Below the pieces are notes generated by a model, which had not been told where the DNA came from, searched no databases, and saw only the letters and a program-made list of their open reading frames with translations. The position numbers were made by a program, and so were the translations under genes. DNA of 64,000 bases from Veleropilina oligotropha (Eukaryota): contig JBEUKZ010000115.1 of the NCBI GenBank assembly GCA_048128005.1, positions 62,001 through 126,000 on the forward strand, given 5' to 3'. Of this stretch, positions 1 through 11,087 are shown one piece after another (position 1 is the stretch's first letter; the number at the start of each line of letters is the position of its first letter).

Positions 1-1558
1 GTCGCTCCCCGTCGTTAAACGGAGAGGTTCCCGCAGAAGGACTAACTGTCCCCTTATTCTTCGAGGCCGAAGAAAAGGATGGGGATTGTCTGCCCTGTTC
101 AGCTGTTCTCTGCGCTGCCAGATATACCTTGCTAGCCGGCAAGGTATGGTTGGCTGCAGCTACTAGGCCCAGTTGAGGAGGAACGGTCGGCACTCGGGCC
201 GTTACCTGAATCTGGGGTCCCGGCAAGGTTTCGGTGACTCCCCCAAGAGTCGCGGAGGTTTCGCCGGTGGATCCGGCGACAGGCGGCCCCTTATGTCGGC
301 TGTCGTCCAGCGTCCCTGAAGCAGACAAAGAAGAAACATTAGCCCCTAACTTACCAGTCTCTTCCTGACCCTTCTCCGGGGGAGGACCCACCGTGGCAGT
401 CGCCCTGGTCGACTTACCCTGGTGGGATAGAACCGCCCACTGCTTATCTGATAAAAGAAGGCACAGATCACACTGATGTTTAAGACTACAAGTACGGTGA
501 ATACGGCATTCCTTGTGCTTATCAAACCCGTGAATTTTCTGGTTACACCCGGAGCTACTGCACCGGACCATAGCTAAATACACGGGAGGGTGGTAATGGG
601 TAGACGGGGTAGGTAAATAGGTATATATATGGTAGTTGTGACTTTTACTACAACAACTTCAAAATTGCCCTGATCTGAAGATCAAAGATCAGGCGATATA
701 CCGCAAAAAAACCCCGAGCTGGGGACACCGAGGCCGGGTATTTACCCGACACGACCCGGTAAAAAACCCGGCAAATTGACTAGAACAAACGGGGGTTTTC
801 TCTTTGAAAAAACCGACCCGAAAAACACCTGAAAACCTCGTGGATGTTTTTTATGTTAGTACAATGGCGTATTATCCCAGAAACGGCAGGATATCAGAAA
901 AACGCAAGCGTGATATCAAAACGATCCTGCCTATTAACGACGCTAGAATTTTTATACAATAATAACCAGCAATAGCGTCGTTAAGGAATTATCCAATATA
1001 ATGAGTTACCTGTTTGCAGTCTCAAACAATATCAGATAAAATACCGACCAGAATTTCTTCTATTTACACGAAACTTCCCCTCTGAGCGGCCATGCTTTTC
1101 CCTGCAACAGCGGCGATGTCGGTTTCACTGATTTTCAGAACTTCTTGAAGTTTTCGAATCACAATCTTCCGTATTCACTAGTGCTTAGTATCCACAACAC
1201 AGTGTATTCCACAACTTATATTATCTTCAGGATGAATCCTTGTTGATATAAGCTATAATAGCGTCCCCGATTTAAACATATAAATCGTAGACATCGAAAT
1301 AATTGCGGAGCAAAAAACACGTCTTTCCGTCTCGGCGGAAAACTTTGAATTGAGGTCTTGTGACTTCGATGGTTCGGAAGTCTCGCGAGACTTGGCGAGA
1401 TCTCGCTGGGGGAACTTAGGAGAGCGGGAGCAGGGGAGGTAATCGTGGTACGTTTTGACTTAAAAGGAGTGCATAATGTGACTTATTCACTGTTTCCGGT
1501 TAGCGATAATATGACTATTATGGCAAGAGTAAGGACGTAAGTAAGTTTGTAACTACAT
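1..1558 (-). mobile_element. DIRS-like tyrosine-recombinase retrotransposon, copy A (5' leader and start of ORF1; runs off the window start)
   Basis: The reverse complement aligns by eye along its length with 58204-~59760, the 5' end of the element carrying DIRS-type RT/RNase H/MT/YR. Similarity ends at the shared terminus ATGTAGTTACAAACTTACTTACG (1558 / 58204). Confidence 0.85.
2..571 (-). CDS. DIRS ORF1 (gag-like), 5' part, open for 190 codons to the window edge, with an N-terminal Cys/His cluster
   Basis: Manual translation from the ATG at 571: MVRCSSSGCNQKIHGFDKHKECRIHRTCSLKHQCDLCLLLSDKQWAV...NHTLPASKVYLAAQRTAEQGR...FNDGER with no stop. It is homologous to the broken frame starting at 59203. 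The ORF track probably omits it because it has no stop codon inside the window. Confidence 0.8.
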   Translation of the reverse strand, partial: MVRCSSSGCNQKIHGFDKHKECRIHRTCSLKHQCDLCLLLSDKQWAVLSHQGKSTRATATVGPPPEKGQEETGKLGANVSSLSASGTLDDSRHKGPPVAGSTGETSATLGGVTETLPGPQIQVTARVPTVPPQLGLVAAANHTLPASKVYLAAQRTAEQGRQSPSFSSASKNKGTVSPSAGTSPFNDGER

Positions 1559-3820
1559 CTTAAGACTGTGTTGCAGAGTATTGCATAGATCACAGAACGG
1601 ATACAGGTTATATAATCAGACAGGTCGTTGCAGTCAGAATGTTGTGGATAAATGTTAAGAAAACGTTCCTATCATAATCACGTCGCAGCCTCACCTCAAC
1701 AGGAAGGGAAGAGTGTTGGAACCTGACATTTTACAATCAGGCAGAGGAATGACATTTGTATGATAGAAAAGCATACTACTAATGTAGTTCAACCAAGTAG
1801 CGCCAAGAATCCAGTCATTTTGATTGTTAAATTGCATTATATATTTGACAACAACACCATTTTTTCGGTCATATCACAGATCACAATCGAGACCCCGGTT
1901 TCACATTAATCGATATGTGCAGTCTTAAAGTTTTGTGGTTCACCTCCGGCATGCACATCAATTCACCATGTTTATAAAACTTTTAATAATATTGAAGTAG
2001 TAGTTAAGGCTTTACGGATATTGATCAACAGGAATAATATCGTTGCAACAGCAGTGGAGCCAATATAAAACAACATTCGGGTTCAAAGCAGGAAATGTCC
2101 ATATTATTGTGAGAGGAAACCCGCCCTCTTCGGATATATAAGGAAATCTGTGATTGATACCCGAGATTTGAACGCACGTGTTTGTCAGAGCAGTCAAGCC
2201 AGTGATTTCAGAGTATACACTCGACGACACGGAGCAGCCAGAGTCAATATCGCTTTAGCAGCAACAGAGTGTTCATGCAGCCATAACTCACCTGTTGTCT
2301 CTGCAACGCAGATTTAATTTCCTCTGAACACATCAAGCTACATAATCATGACCACTCGACGTCGATGATATATAATCATGGCCACTCGACGTCAATGATT
2401 TCTATAGCACATAAAAATTCAGGGCTGCTTTCAGAACAGAATGGATTCTACAGCAACAATCAGGAGACTTAATCAAGAAATCCTGACTTGAAAACGAATA
2501 AAACACTACATAATAGTCCTGCATGTACGAGATAATGGAACGACATTACAGCAGTCGATAATCAAATCCAACAATAGCACGGCATCTTCATCATTATTAA
2601 TTAACAAAAATTGATTTTGTAGTGCTACTGCACCTATTGTTAATTTGCTTTGGAAACTTCGAAGTTTATCTATTCAAACATTTTAAGATCAGTAACAAGC
2701 ATTGATGGCCTGAATTGCATGTTTAATAGCCATTATATTCATAAACAATCTCATCGCAGTCGGGACCCTGGTTTAATGTCTCCATCTGATCACGAATACA
2801 TTTATGTAACACCAAGCCCATATACATAGCACAGACGCCAAGCCAGAATACCTGGGCTGAGCATTGTTTAACATTGTTGATCAAAAGAGATCTGGTTGTG
2901 TCCATACAGCAACAGGCATCATTGAACCACAATGATTGTTACAGCTCGTCTTTCATCTACGGCCCCCCAACAGTTCTCAATCAAATTGTATGGTGTATCT
3001 GAAACTCCACTTAAATTGAGCATGCTATAGTATATGATGAGCTTCTACAAAATGTACAGAAAATAACTGCTCATCGGGACCATTGGGTATAATCAGCCTC
3101 TTCAATAGTGGTGAGCTATGGTGGTATACATGGTATATGCGGCTGCCGTATAAGATTCTCTACCAGTCGATGTGCCTGAAAGCATGTGTGGAGATGATGC
3201 ACATGACGGCAACAAATGCAAGTCCATATGTAGCTCTGTCTAACATGCAGGTTAATCCTCAACTTGTACAAAATGTCAATAGGCCAATAAACAGTAAGAA
3301 ATACATCTATATTCATGTTCCCCTGAAGGTCAGACATATAAAACCAGCTCACCCAACCTGGCAAGACCTGGATTTTAGATTATGCCATCACAATGCATTA
3401 CAGAACGTGTGATCTTCTTCAGAGACGGTCTCTATGGTATTCCATTATGTGCGGCCGATGTCCCGTGGGTCAAGATATAACTCTGATCATTCAATCTCTG
3501 GATAAACATTGCTTATCACTAAAGTCTGCAGGCTACAGCTAGCGTTTGCTAATAAAATCAAACTAGATGTAACCGACAATGACAAGACTAGTATAATCAG
3601 AAAACATGCACTATTTAAAAGAAAGAGAGTCTCGATTCCATTCCAGCGTTTGAGGTAGATTAAGTGAAATGAGACTGCCTCGCCTGATATCATATTGGAT
3701 AACCACGATTGATAATCCGAATTTCTATGGATTTATTTTATAATATTTCTAAATCAGCACAGTCAGTCAGTCGTTCACACTATAGCCTAGATCTATAACA
3801 GCAAGACCTGGAAACAAACA

Positions 3821-4181
3821 TAACACTAATTAAAACACTATTACAGTATTAACACTAATTAAAACACTATTACAGTATTAACACTAATTAAAACACTATT
3901 ACAGTATTAACACTAATTAAAACACTATTACAGTATTAACACTAATTAAAACACTATTACAGTATTAACACTAATTAAAACACTATTACAGTATTAACAC
4001 TAATTAAAACACTATTACAGTATTAACACTAATTAAATCACTATTACGGTATTAACACTAATTAAAACACTATTACAGTATTAACACTAATTAAAACACT
4101 ATTACAGTATTAACACTAATTAAATCACTATTACAGTATTAACACTAATTAAAACACTATTACAGTATTAACACTAATTAA
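3821..4181. repeat. 29-bp minisatellite, about 12 copies
   Basis: Unit TAACACTAATTAAAACACTATTACAGTAT repeated head to tail with rare substitutions. Confidence 0.95.
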
Positions 4182-6554
4182 GAGCATTTCATTGATTTTA
4201 ACATATCAAGTTGCAGTAAGTAGCGAAAAATAATTATAATTTTAAACCCTAGTTAGAAAGTATGCAATTTTAACAAAAAATTCTATAGAATTGAAAGTAA
4301 ACAATAATGAAGCCGGGTCCGGTTTTATTATGGGTAATGGGAATCGCGCCGAAAGAAATTTCGTCAAGTTGGCCACTGCCAACGTTAACATGGAAATTGT
4401 GGAAAGTTGAGCTACATTATAACTGATGTACTATTTTACAATAATGTCACATCGTATACCATTTAAATAAATGTTTCATATTTGATCAATAATCTGCGTA
4501 TTTCGATTAACATTATGACGAAAACAATTGTGACGATACGCCGTTTAATGAGTTAACTGATTTTCACCAAAATGGTCGCCGTTCAATGTAAAATTTCAAC
4601 AGCCGACAGCAATTTCAGCGGTTATTTTTATTATAAAACAGCAAACAATGTTTGTTCTTCCAATTTGAATCATCAAAAGTTTTTGCAATACCACAAATAT
4701 GTAAGTAAGGCATTGTACGCAATAAGCGATCATTACGGGCAATGCAACTTTAAATATTTATAACAAATTTCCATCTATGCAAAGAGTATTTAATTAAAGT
4801 AACTTGTGGTACATGTACCAAATTTATACACAAAATGAGCCTGAAGATAAATGCAATATTATAAAACTAATCAGGAATTCCAATCAGGCAGACAACTTTC
4901 AGGCAAATAATACGTCCATAGTGATACGATCTGTCAAGAATCCGACTGCTGTTGACGAGATGCAGGTGTAATACCAAAGGATCTGACAGCATCTCATATA
5001 AAATTCAAGAAGACATTTGTTGCAGAATCCAATTGCGCATTTATAATTCAACTGACACATCAACAACAAAGGTGAAAATCTTCTTTTACCATGTCAGCTG
5101 TGCAGGATGACGCATGTTGTCCCAGCTGTTGATGACAGTAACATCAGACTGCAGTTGTTCATAATGAAAATTAACAACTTTTACCAGAAAACAAACTTCA
5201 ATGAGGCACAAAATAGTTGTGGTCTTCATATACAAATATTTATTCAAAATTATGCGTAAATTTAAATTTTATACATATTGCGAGAACCAGAGCATGAATA
5301 TTACACACTTACACTGTCTGTACCTTAGAAAGTTGCCAGCAGTTTGTGCCCTCACGTTAAGTCTGCATACCGCCGGTAACCGGTATATGAATTGCATACC
5401 GCCGGTAACCGGTATATGAATGTATTGGTTGCGAGCCTGTATTGACATGACTTCACATTTACCTGCTTAAGTTATGTACCTGTTTGGCTGAAATTACAAA
5501 TTCACCTGCAGCTCAGAACTGAACAGTGGAGAGCAAGTTCTATGACTCAAATACAGCCAACAATTTACTCATTCTGATCGACTGGGCCAAATGAGAACTA
5601 CTCCAACAATGTCAGAGGCTGCATGGTCCTTCCCACGCAGGGTCTGTAAGGCACGTCAACCCGGTCTCAAATGTTATAGGCGTATATGAGCCAGAGCTTT
5701 ACATCAAAAGTCCTGTCTACCACGTCGACTCATAAATATTGCACACAACAGCAACATTATTAATAGACATGGTCCGTCTGAATTTCCACTGTTTCATGCC
5801 ATGATACTAGTAAATAACCTGAAAACAATGCATTTTTCACAAGGAAGTGACATTCAAGTCGAGCCCACTAAGCAAACACTGTACTAACTAAAAACAAACT
5901 AACAAGTACTATTCGTGCAGCGGCAATGGTCAATATATTGTGCATTTTGTGATAAAATCAAGAAATTTGGCAGTATGTTAGTATATTATATATACTGATC
6001 AATTTCAGATATAGTGCCAATTCCAAATTGACCCGTGTCCGATATTAGGACATCATGAAAATGGCGGCCATTTTGAATGTGACCAAATGACTAAAGCTGA
6101 TGCAACAATGCCATTATTCAACCGATTTTTATGAACTAATTACAAATTTGCATAAGTCGCACAAAAAATGCACATAATACGTACAACGATATCAGAAGTG
6201 AGTACAATGATGTAATACATGTAGTGACGTTTTTGTTACTTAATTAGCATATGTAACAAAATTGAAAACATCTTTAGAATTTTTTTAAATATTTCAAATT
6301 TCTTCTTATATTTTATAAAATAACAATAAAATATAGGAAATATGCTTTATAATCATAACAAAATTGTGACTTCTAATCTGTTACTTCTATGCATAATAAT
6401 ATAGAATAGTGTAAATATAGACATTAAGGAGATTGTCTGTTAATAAATTAACCAAATGAAATTGTATTTAATTACAATAATAAAATAGAATTTGCATTAT
6501 CGTTTATTCCGCACATTGCTCCAAGCTGCGCAAAATCTGATGACGAACTAAAAT

Positions 6555-7965
6555 CCTTGCTTTCCCAAAACCAAATAATGCACTGGATGACCCCAAGGGC
6601 TACCACCACATTGGTCTTTTCTGCGTGCCATACAAACAGGAACGTGAAGCGGACCGAATTATTGACCAAAAACCTCACATATATAGACAAGACCGCGCTT
6701 GTTTCATAGACGATCAAGCTTGACCTAGAAGATATCTTCCACGCTGATGAGAAGGATGACGCAGTCTTCATCGATCTCTCTGCCGGTCTGGCTGCACAGT
6801 CACAACCTCGAGCTCAAACAGAAGATATTCGACCATAACATGAGCAGCCTCATCATGGAAAAGCTCCTCAATCGGATACTCAACACTAGTGGCAATCAAT
6901 GCTGCTAACGGAGAAGGCTCAAGAACTCGACAATCAAATCTGGGTCAAATGCTCTTTAACACATGTATACGCCCACGACCTCCCTCATCACAGGCCAAGC
7001 CGTCCTGCTCCAGAAGAAACGCCAGGTGGAGATTGAAGTCTGGCGAACGGCAACAACTGGCACTTCAAACTGGCACTTCAAACTGGCACTTCAAACACAG
7101 CATTGTCGAGACTAAGTCGCAAGCTGAACGTCATGGGAACAAAATCAAGTTACAGTTCTAGACAGCACCTACCATTGGATTGAAATTAGCATTAATTCCA
7201 TCAATACCAATGCAACAGAACAGGAAAGATCGTGTCAGGTATGCCATCGCATTGATCAACCGCCTCGGGGACAATGCATGGGGAGCTACAATCTAGTCGC
7301 TGCGATCTCTACCCAGGCACTTGCCTACATTGCTGTGGAATATTGTGCACTTAGGTATGGTGAAGAAGTACCCATTTCAAGAAGCTAGACACTGAGCACT
7401 AAACAGCGCCATGTGTATGGTGTCTGGCTGCCTGCGACCATCCCTGTCAATCTACACTCCGTCCTTTCAATCATGGTCCCACCAGGATTAAGACGAGACG
7501 CTGTTGTATTGACTCTCTCCTGCAAGGCCAGAGCAAATGAAGACCTCCTCCACCAGTCAGTCACACAGAACCTTCCACGTGATAGCCTCAAATCACAACC
7601 CCCTTTGCCGAATAAGCCCACCAACTCACAAGCTTAATATCAACCGATGTTTCGAAGAAAGCTGAGGATACATTGGAAAGAAGAATATATGTCTGCAACT
7701 TCATTCGGAGAAGCTAGGGAAATAGTGGAAGACGCTTCCACCCCTGAGAAAAAGGGTGGGATGCTTTGTCACATCAATAAATATCTTGTCCCCATGTGAA
7801 TGTGTCGCCTCCTGGAAAGCAGTCCGTCACGTCATTGAAGACTATCCACTTCGCCCCCCCCCCCCAACCTGCATCACTGACGAGACCATGGATGACGGCA
7901 CGAAGGCATGAATAGCCTCAAAGACCCCACATGTTTGATGGAGTTGGACGATGAACAAACGAAGG
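6555..7965 (+). pseudogene. Degenerate non-LTR retrotransposon RT fragment (Ingi/Vingi-like)
   Basis: Frameshifted peptides FPKPNNALDDPKGYHHIGL, AVFIDLSA, LFN...HDLP, RLGDNAWGA, QALAYIAVEYCA, MCMVSGCLRPS and PPGLRR follow the RT and C-terminal motif order of I-group (Ingi/Vingi) LINEs. Confidence 0.65.
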
Positions 7966-7980
7966 AGCTATCTGGCAGTA

Positions 7981-9137
7981 TGTCGCGAATTATTTGTTCT
8001 AGCTACCCCGCGAGTCCCTAGCCAGTGCGTCACTTCACCGAGGACGGGTAGCTGTGTCTGCATACGTAGTAAATTGTGCTCTCCTTTACAGGCCTAAATT
8101 ATGGTAGCGACAAACACCTGTGTGAACTTACTAATAGCACTCTTTATTTACATTATATACAGAAGTAAATGTGATTGCAGCATTATCAGTCTCCGATGCC
8201 TTGGTGTGGTATTTCCGGATTGGATCGCCGTCAATGTATTGCATATAATAATATAATGATTGTACAATTCTGTACTGTGTTATTATTAAACCATCTGAAA
8301 CTGTCTACGTAGTATTATTTAACATGCCCTCTACTTTGTCTATTTATATACACATGTTGGAGAATCTTTTCTCTCTCGAAGTATTACACTTCCATGCGTG
8401 TGTGCGTTAAAATCCACCCATCCCTATCATTGATTATACTAAATGGAGCATTCAGCCCTCGGACTATACATGTTACAATGATAAGTGGAGCATTCACTCC
8501 AAAGTAACAACGTTAATCGCCCTCCGTCGATATAACCCAACAGTATAATTAATTAACTATTAACAACACCCGCGGCATTACGCCGTCACTCACTGGAGTA
8601 TTATACTCCCATCCAATCAATGCGTCGTCATTTCCCTGACGCTCTATACTTACAAGAACGTAATTGTGATCCACAATCCGAAACACGTCCTGTCCCCTTG
8701 TCTTCTATGTCTAATCTCCCCGTTATTATACTCATCCACAACGCTCTCGTATCATTATTCCATCTGACGTTTCCTCATTGTGACGTTAATCCATAACGAC
8801 AGATGACGCTAACGTTAACTACCACAGGATTATTGCAGCCTCGTTTTCGACGTCAATAACAATGGCGGCTAGTTCAGTTCCAAGAAATATAAGACTACAC
8901 GAGTTTTACGTGTATTTGCTACATATATATATAATTCGGATGCTAACGAATCCTTCACTGGTAATGCGATTGATACAACAATGGTATACAGGTACGATAG
9001 TAATATAGGATGCATCATTATACGATATTGACATCCACAACACTATCCTTCACTGGTAATGCGATTGATACAACAATATTATACAGGTACGTTAGTAATA
9101 TAGGATGCATCATTATACGACATTGACATCCACAACA
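7981..9137 (-). repeat. 3' LTR (1157 bp)
   Basis: TGTCGCGAAT...ATCCACAACA is a direct repeat of 13124-14280; no differences seen in the segments compared by eye. Confidence 0.95.
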
Positions 9138-9150
9138 CTACCCTCCCTTT
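9138..9150 (-). promoter_or_regulatory. Polypurine tract (PPT)
   Basis: The minus strand reads AAAGGGAGGGTAG immediately before the 3' LTR. Confidence 0.85.
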
Positions 9151-9248
9151 AGACAACATTTCGTCCCCGAAATGAATTACAAAAGTGGAAATATAATTTA
9201 AAAAAATGAACAATGAATCTCAAGTAACCCCCTTACTACTAACACATT

Positions 9249-11087
9249 TTAAATCCTACCCCTCTTCCCACTAACTTTAACCACCACACTCCTCACTGAT
9301 TTCGGCTCCTGCCACATCTCATCAAACCCATAATCTTCCCAAACTATCCCAATTCTACCTCTTTCCTCTTTCAAACTTCTCTCTAAAATTTCAATCCTAT
9401 CCTCCTTCCTCGTCATCTTCTCCTCCAATCTTCCTACGAACTTCCCGAACTTTTTTCCACTCTCCTTCATCGCCTCTTCCAACTCCACCAACTTCCTCTT
9501 TAAACCTCTTACTTCTTCTGCATCCTCTATCTCCTCCTGGTAATCCGGAACAAAATCTTCTTCTTTCTCCTCGTCTTCTATAATGATTTCCCCATCTACC
9601 GTATCCTTCTCTACTTCCAACGTACATTCTTCTACTAATTTTACGCTGATCAAGGCTCCCGGTTTCGTTTCTCTGATTATCCCGGCATCGATCTGCTCCT
9701 TCAGATATTTCTCCTCTTCCGCTTCGAAACCTTGTGGTGTACGTCTTAAAGGTTGTCTTATTGGTGCAGCACAAGCCGTATCTATTTTATGCTGAACTAA
9801 TGAACGCCTTCCCAGATCTAATTTATCTTTTGCAAACGCATCTTGGTTTTTTCGTAAAACATCAGCCAGCTTTCTTTTATATTTGAAGTTTACTATTTTC
9901 TCACAGCTTCTTTTAAAGAGATCCAAAAGGTGTTCTGGTACTTCAGGAATATCGACCTTATTCCCATAGATAGAGTCCTTTCTTTTCCAATCAACTGGTA
10001 TGTCTGGTGCACATGCCGGTACTGTATCGTCTTCCCCCACCATGTTGATTTTAATACCGTTTTCTTCATTACTGGACTCTTTTGAAGATAAATTCCTCCG
10101 AAGGGATGCCAAATGAGTCGTATAATCCCTCGGATCCCCCACCTTGTCCAGTACTTCATCAAATTGCATCACGGGATGTAATTCTCCAATCAAGTAGTTT
10201 TTCTTCAACTTTATTGGGAAAGTGTCCATGTTAACAATTCTAACAGGAATTATTCTTTTAAAGGGATCTACCAAGGAACGAGCAATAATAATTTTTCTAT
10301 TATCTTCGCATATCGGTTCGATCATCGAGTAACGGCTATCAATGTTTTCGGCATTTTCACTTCGACCTCCTATAATCATCTCGGATAAGGCAGGGATGGT
10401 AATAGTTTCGTCCACTACTACTCTGGCAACGTTTTCATATGCCCGTATAACTTCACAGTCAATCCATTTTCCATTAATTTCGATGCCTCTTTTGGTGCTA
10501 ATTGTAATATCCTTCTCATCAATTACATCGCAGCCCAGCAGCAGGTCATCTCTAATAGGTGCCACGTACATCACCCACGTGAAACTTTCCTCACCTATGT
10601 TCAATACAAAATCCGCTATACCATGTGTAGACATCTTTTTTCCAGCTTCAGCTACGACTAAACTTCTTGGAGCTTGTCGAAGCACTGGCCTATCCTGCAC
10701 AGGTATCCGGTTATATCTGGATTCACTTATGACTGTTACCTCCGCACCTGTATCAATGACAGCTTTGACCTTTTGTCCCTGTACAGTGATTGGTGCTAGA
10801 ATAGTGACCGCTCGTACCCGGTCCACTACCAGTTCCCTCCTATAGCCTGATTCCTCACATTTCAGTGCTTCGACCTTCACATCACTGGATGTGACATTAT
10901 CCGTACTTATATCGGTATTATGCTCGACAACTATGCTTTCACTTGGATCAAGAGTTGAGTCATTGTCCTTCAATTTGACTTCTTTATTCTGCTCTCCCAT
11001 TTCCGCATTCACATTGTCCTTAATAATAATTCCTTCAGTAGAGTGGGCTGAGACTTGGTCGACAGGACCAGCCCCTTCTAGTTTAAC
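9249..11087 (-). CDS. Truncated pol: aspartic protease, start of RT, then an acidic/coiled-coil tail; probably reached by -1 frameshift from gag
   Basis: Protease motif VIDTGAEVTVI and LLLGCD; RT N-terminal APIRQPLRRTP...IDAGIIRE; then an unrelated E/D-rich tail. The frame is open upstream of the ORF-track start back to GTTAAAC (11087-11081), overlapping the gag stop. Confidence 0.85.
   Translation of the reverse strand, partial: VKLEGAGPVDQVSAHSTEGIIIKDNVNAEMGEQNKEVKLKDNDSTLDPSESIVVEHNTDISTDNVTSSDVKVEALKCEESGYRRELVVDRVRAVTILAPITVQGQKVKAVIDTGAEVTVISESRYNRIPVQDRPVLRQAPRSLVVAEAGKKMSTHGIADFVLNIGEESFTWVMYVAPIRDDLLLGCDVIDEKDITISTKRGIEINGKWIDCEVIRAYENVARVVVDETITIPALSEMIIGGRSENAENIDSRYSMIEPICEDNRKIIIARSLVDPFKRIIPVRIVNMDTFPIKLKKNYLIGELHPVMQFDEVLDKVGDPRDYTTHLASLRRNLSSKESSNEENGIKINMVGEDDTVPACAPDIPVDWKRKDSIYGNKVDIPEVPEHLLDLFKRSCEKIVNFKYKRKLADVLRKNQDAFAKDKLDLGRRSLVQHKIDTACAAPIRQPLRRTPQGFEAEEEKYLKEQIDAGIIRETKPGALISVKLVEECTLEVEKDTVDGEIIIEDEEKEEDFVPDYQEEIEDAEEVRGLKRKLVELEEAMKESGKKFGKFVGRLEEKMTRKEDRIEILERSLKEERGRIGIVWEDYGFDEMWQEPKSVRSVVVKVSGKRGRI

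Noticed and set aside
318..420. Apparent intron in the DIRS leader (GTAAGT...CTAAT...TTTGTCTGCTTCAG on the minus strand, similar at ~59415-59451)
   Set aside because: ORF1 of copy A reads through this stretch in frame from the ATG at 571, so splicing is not needed to explain it.
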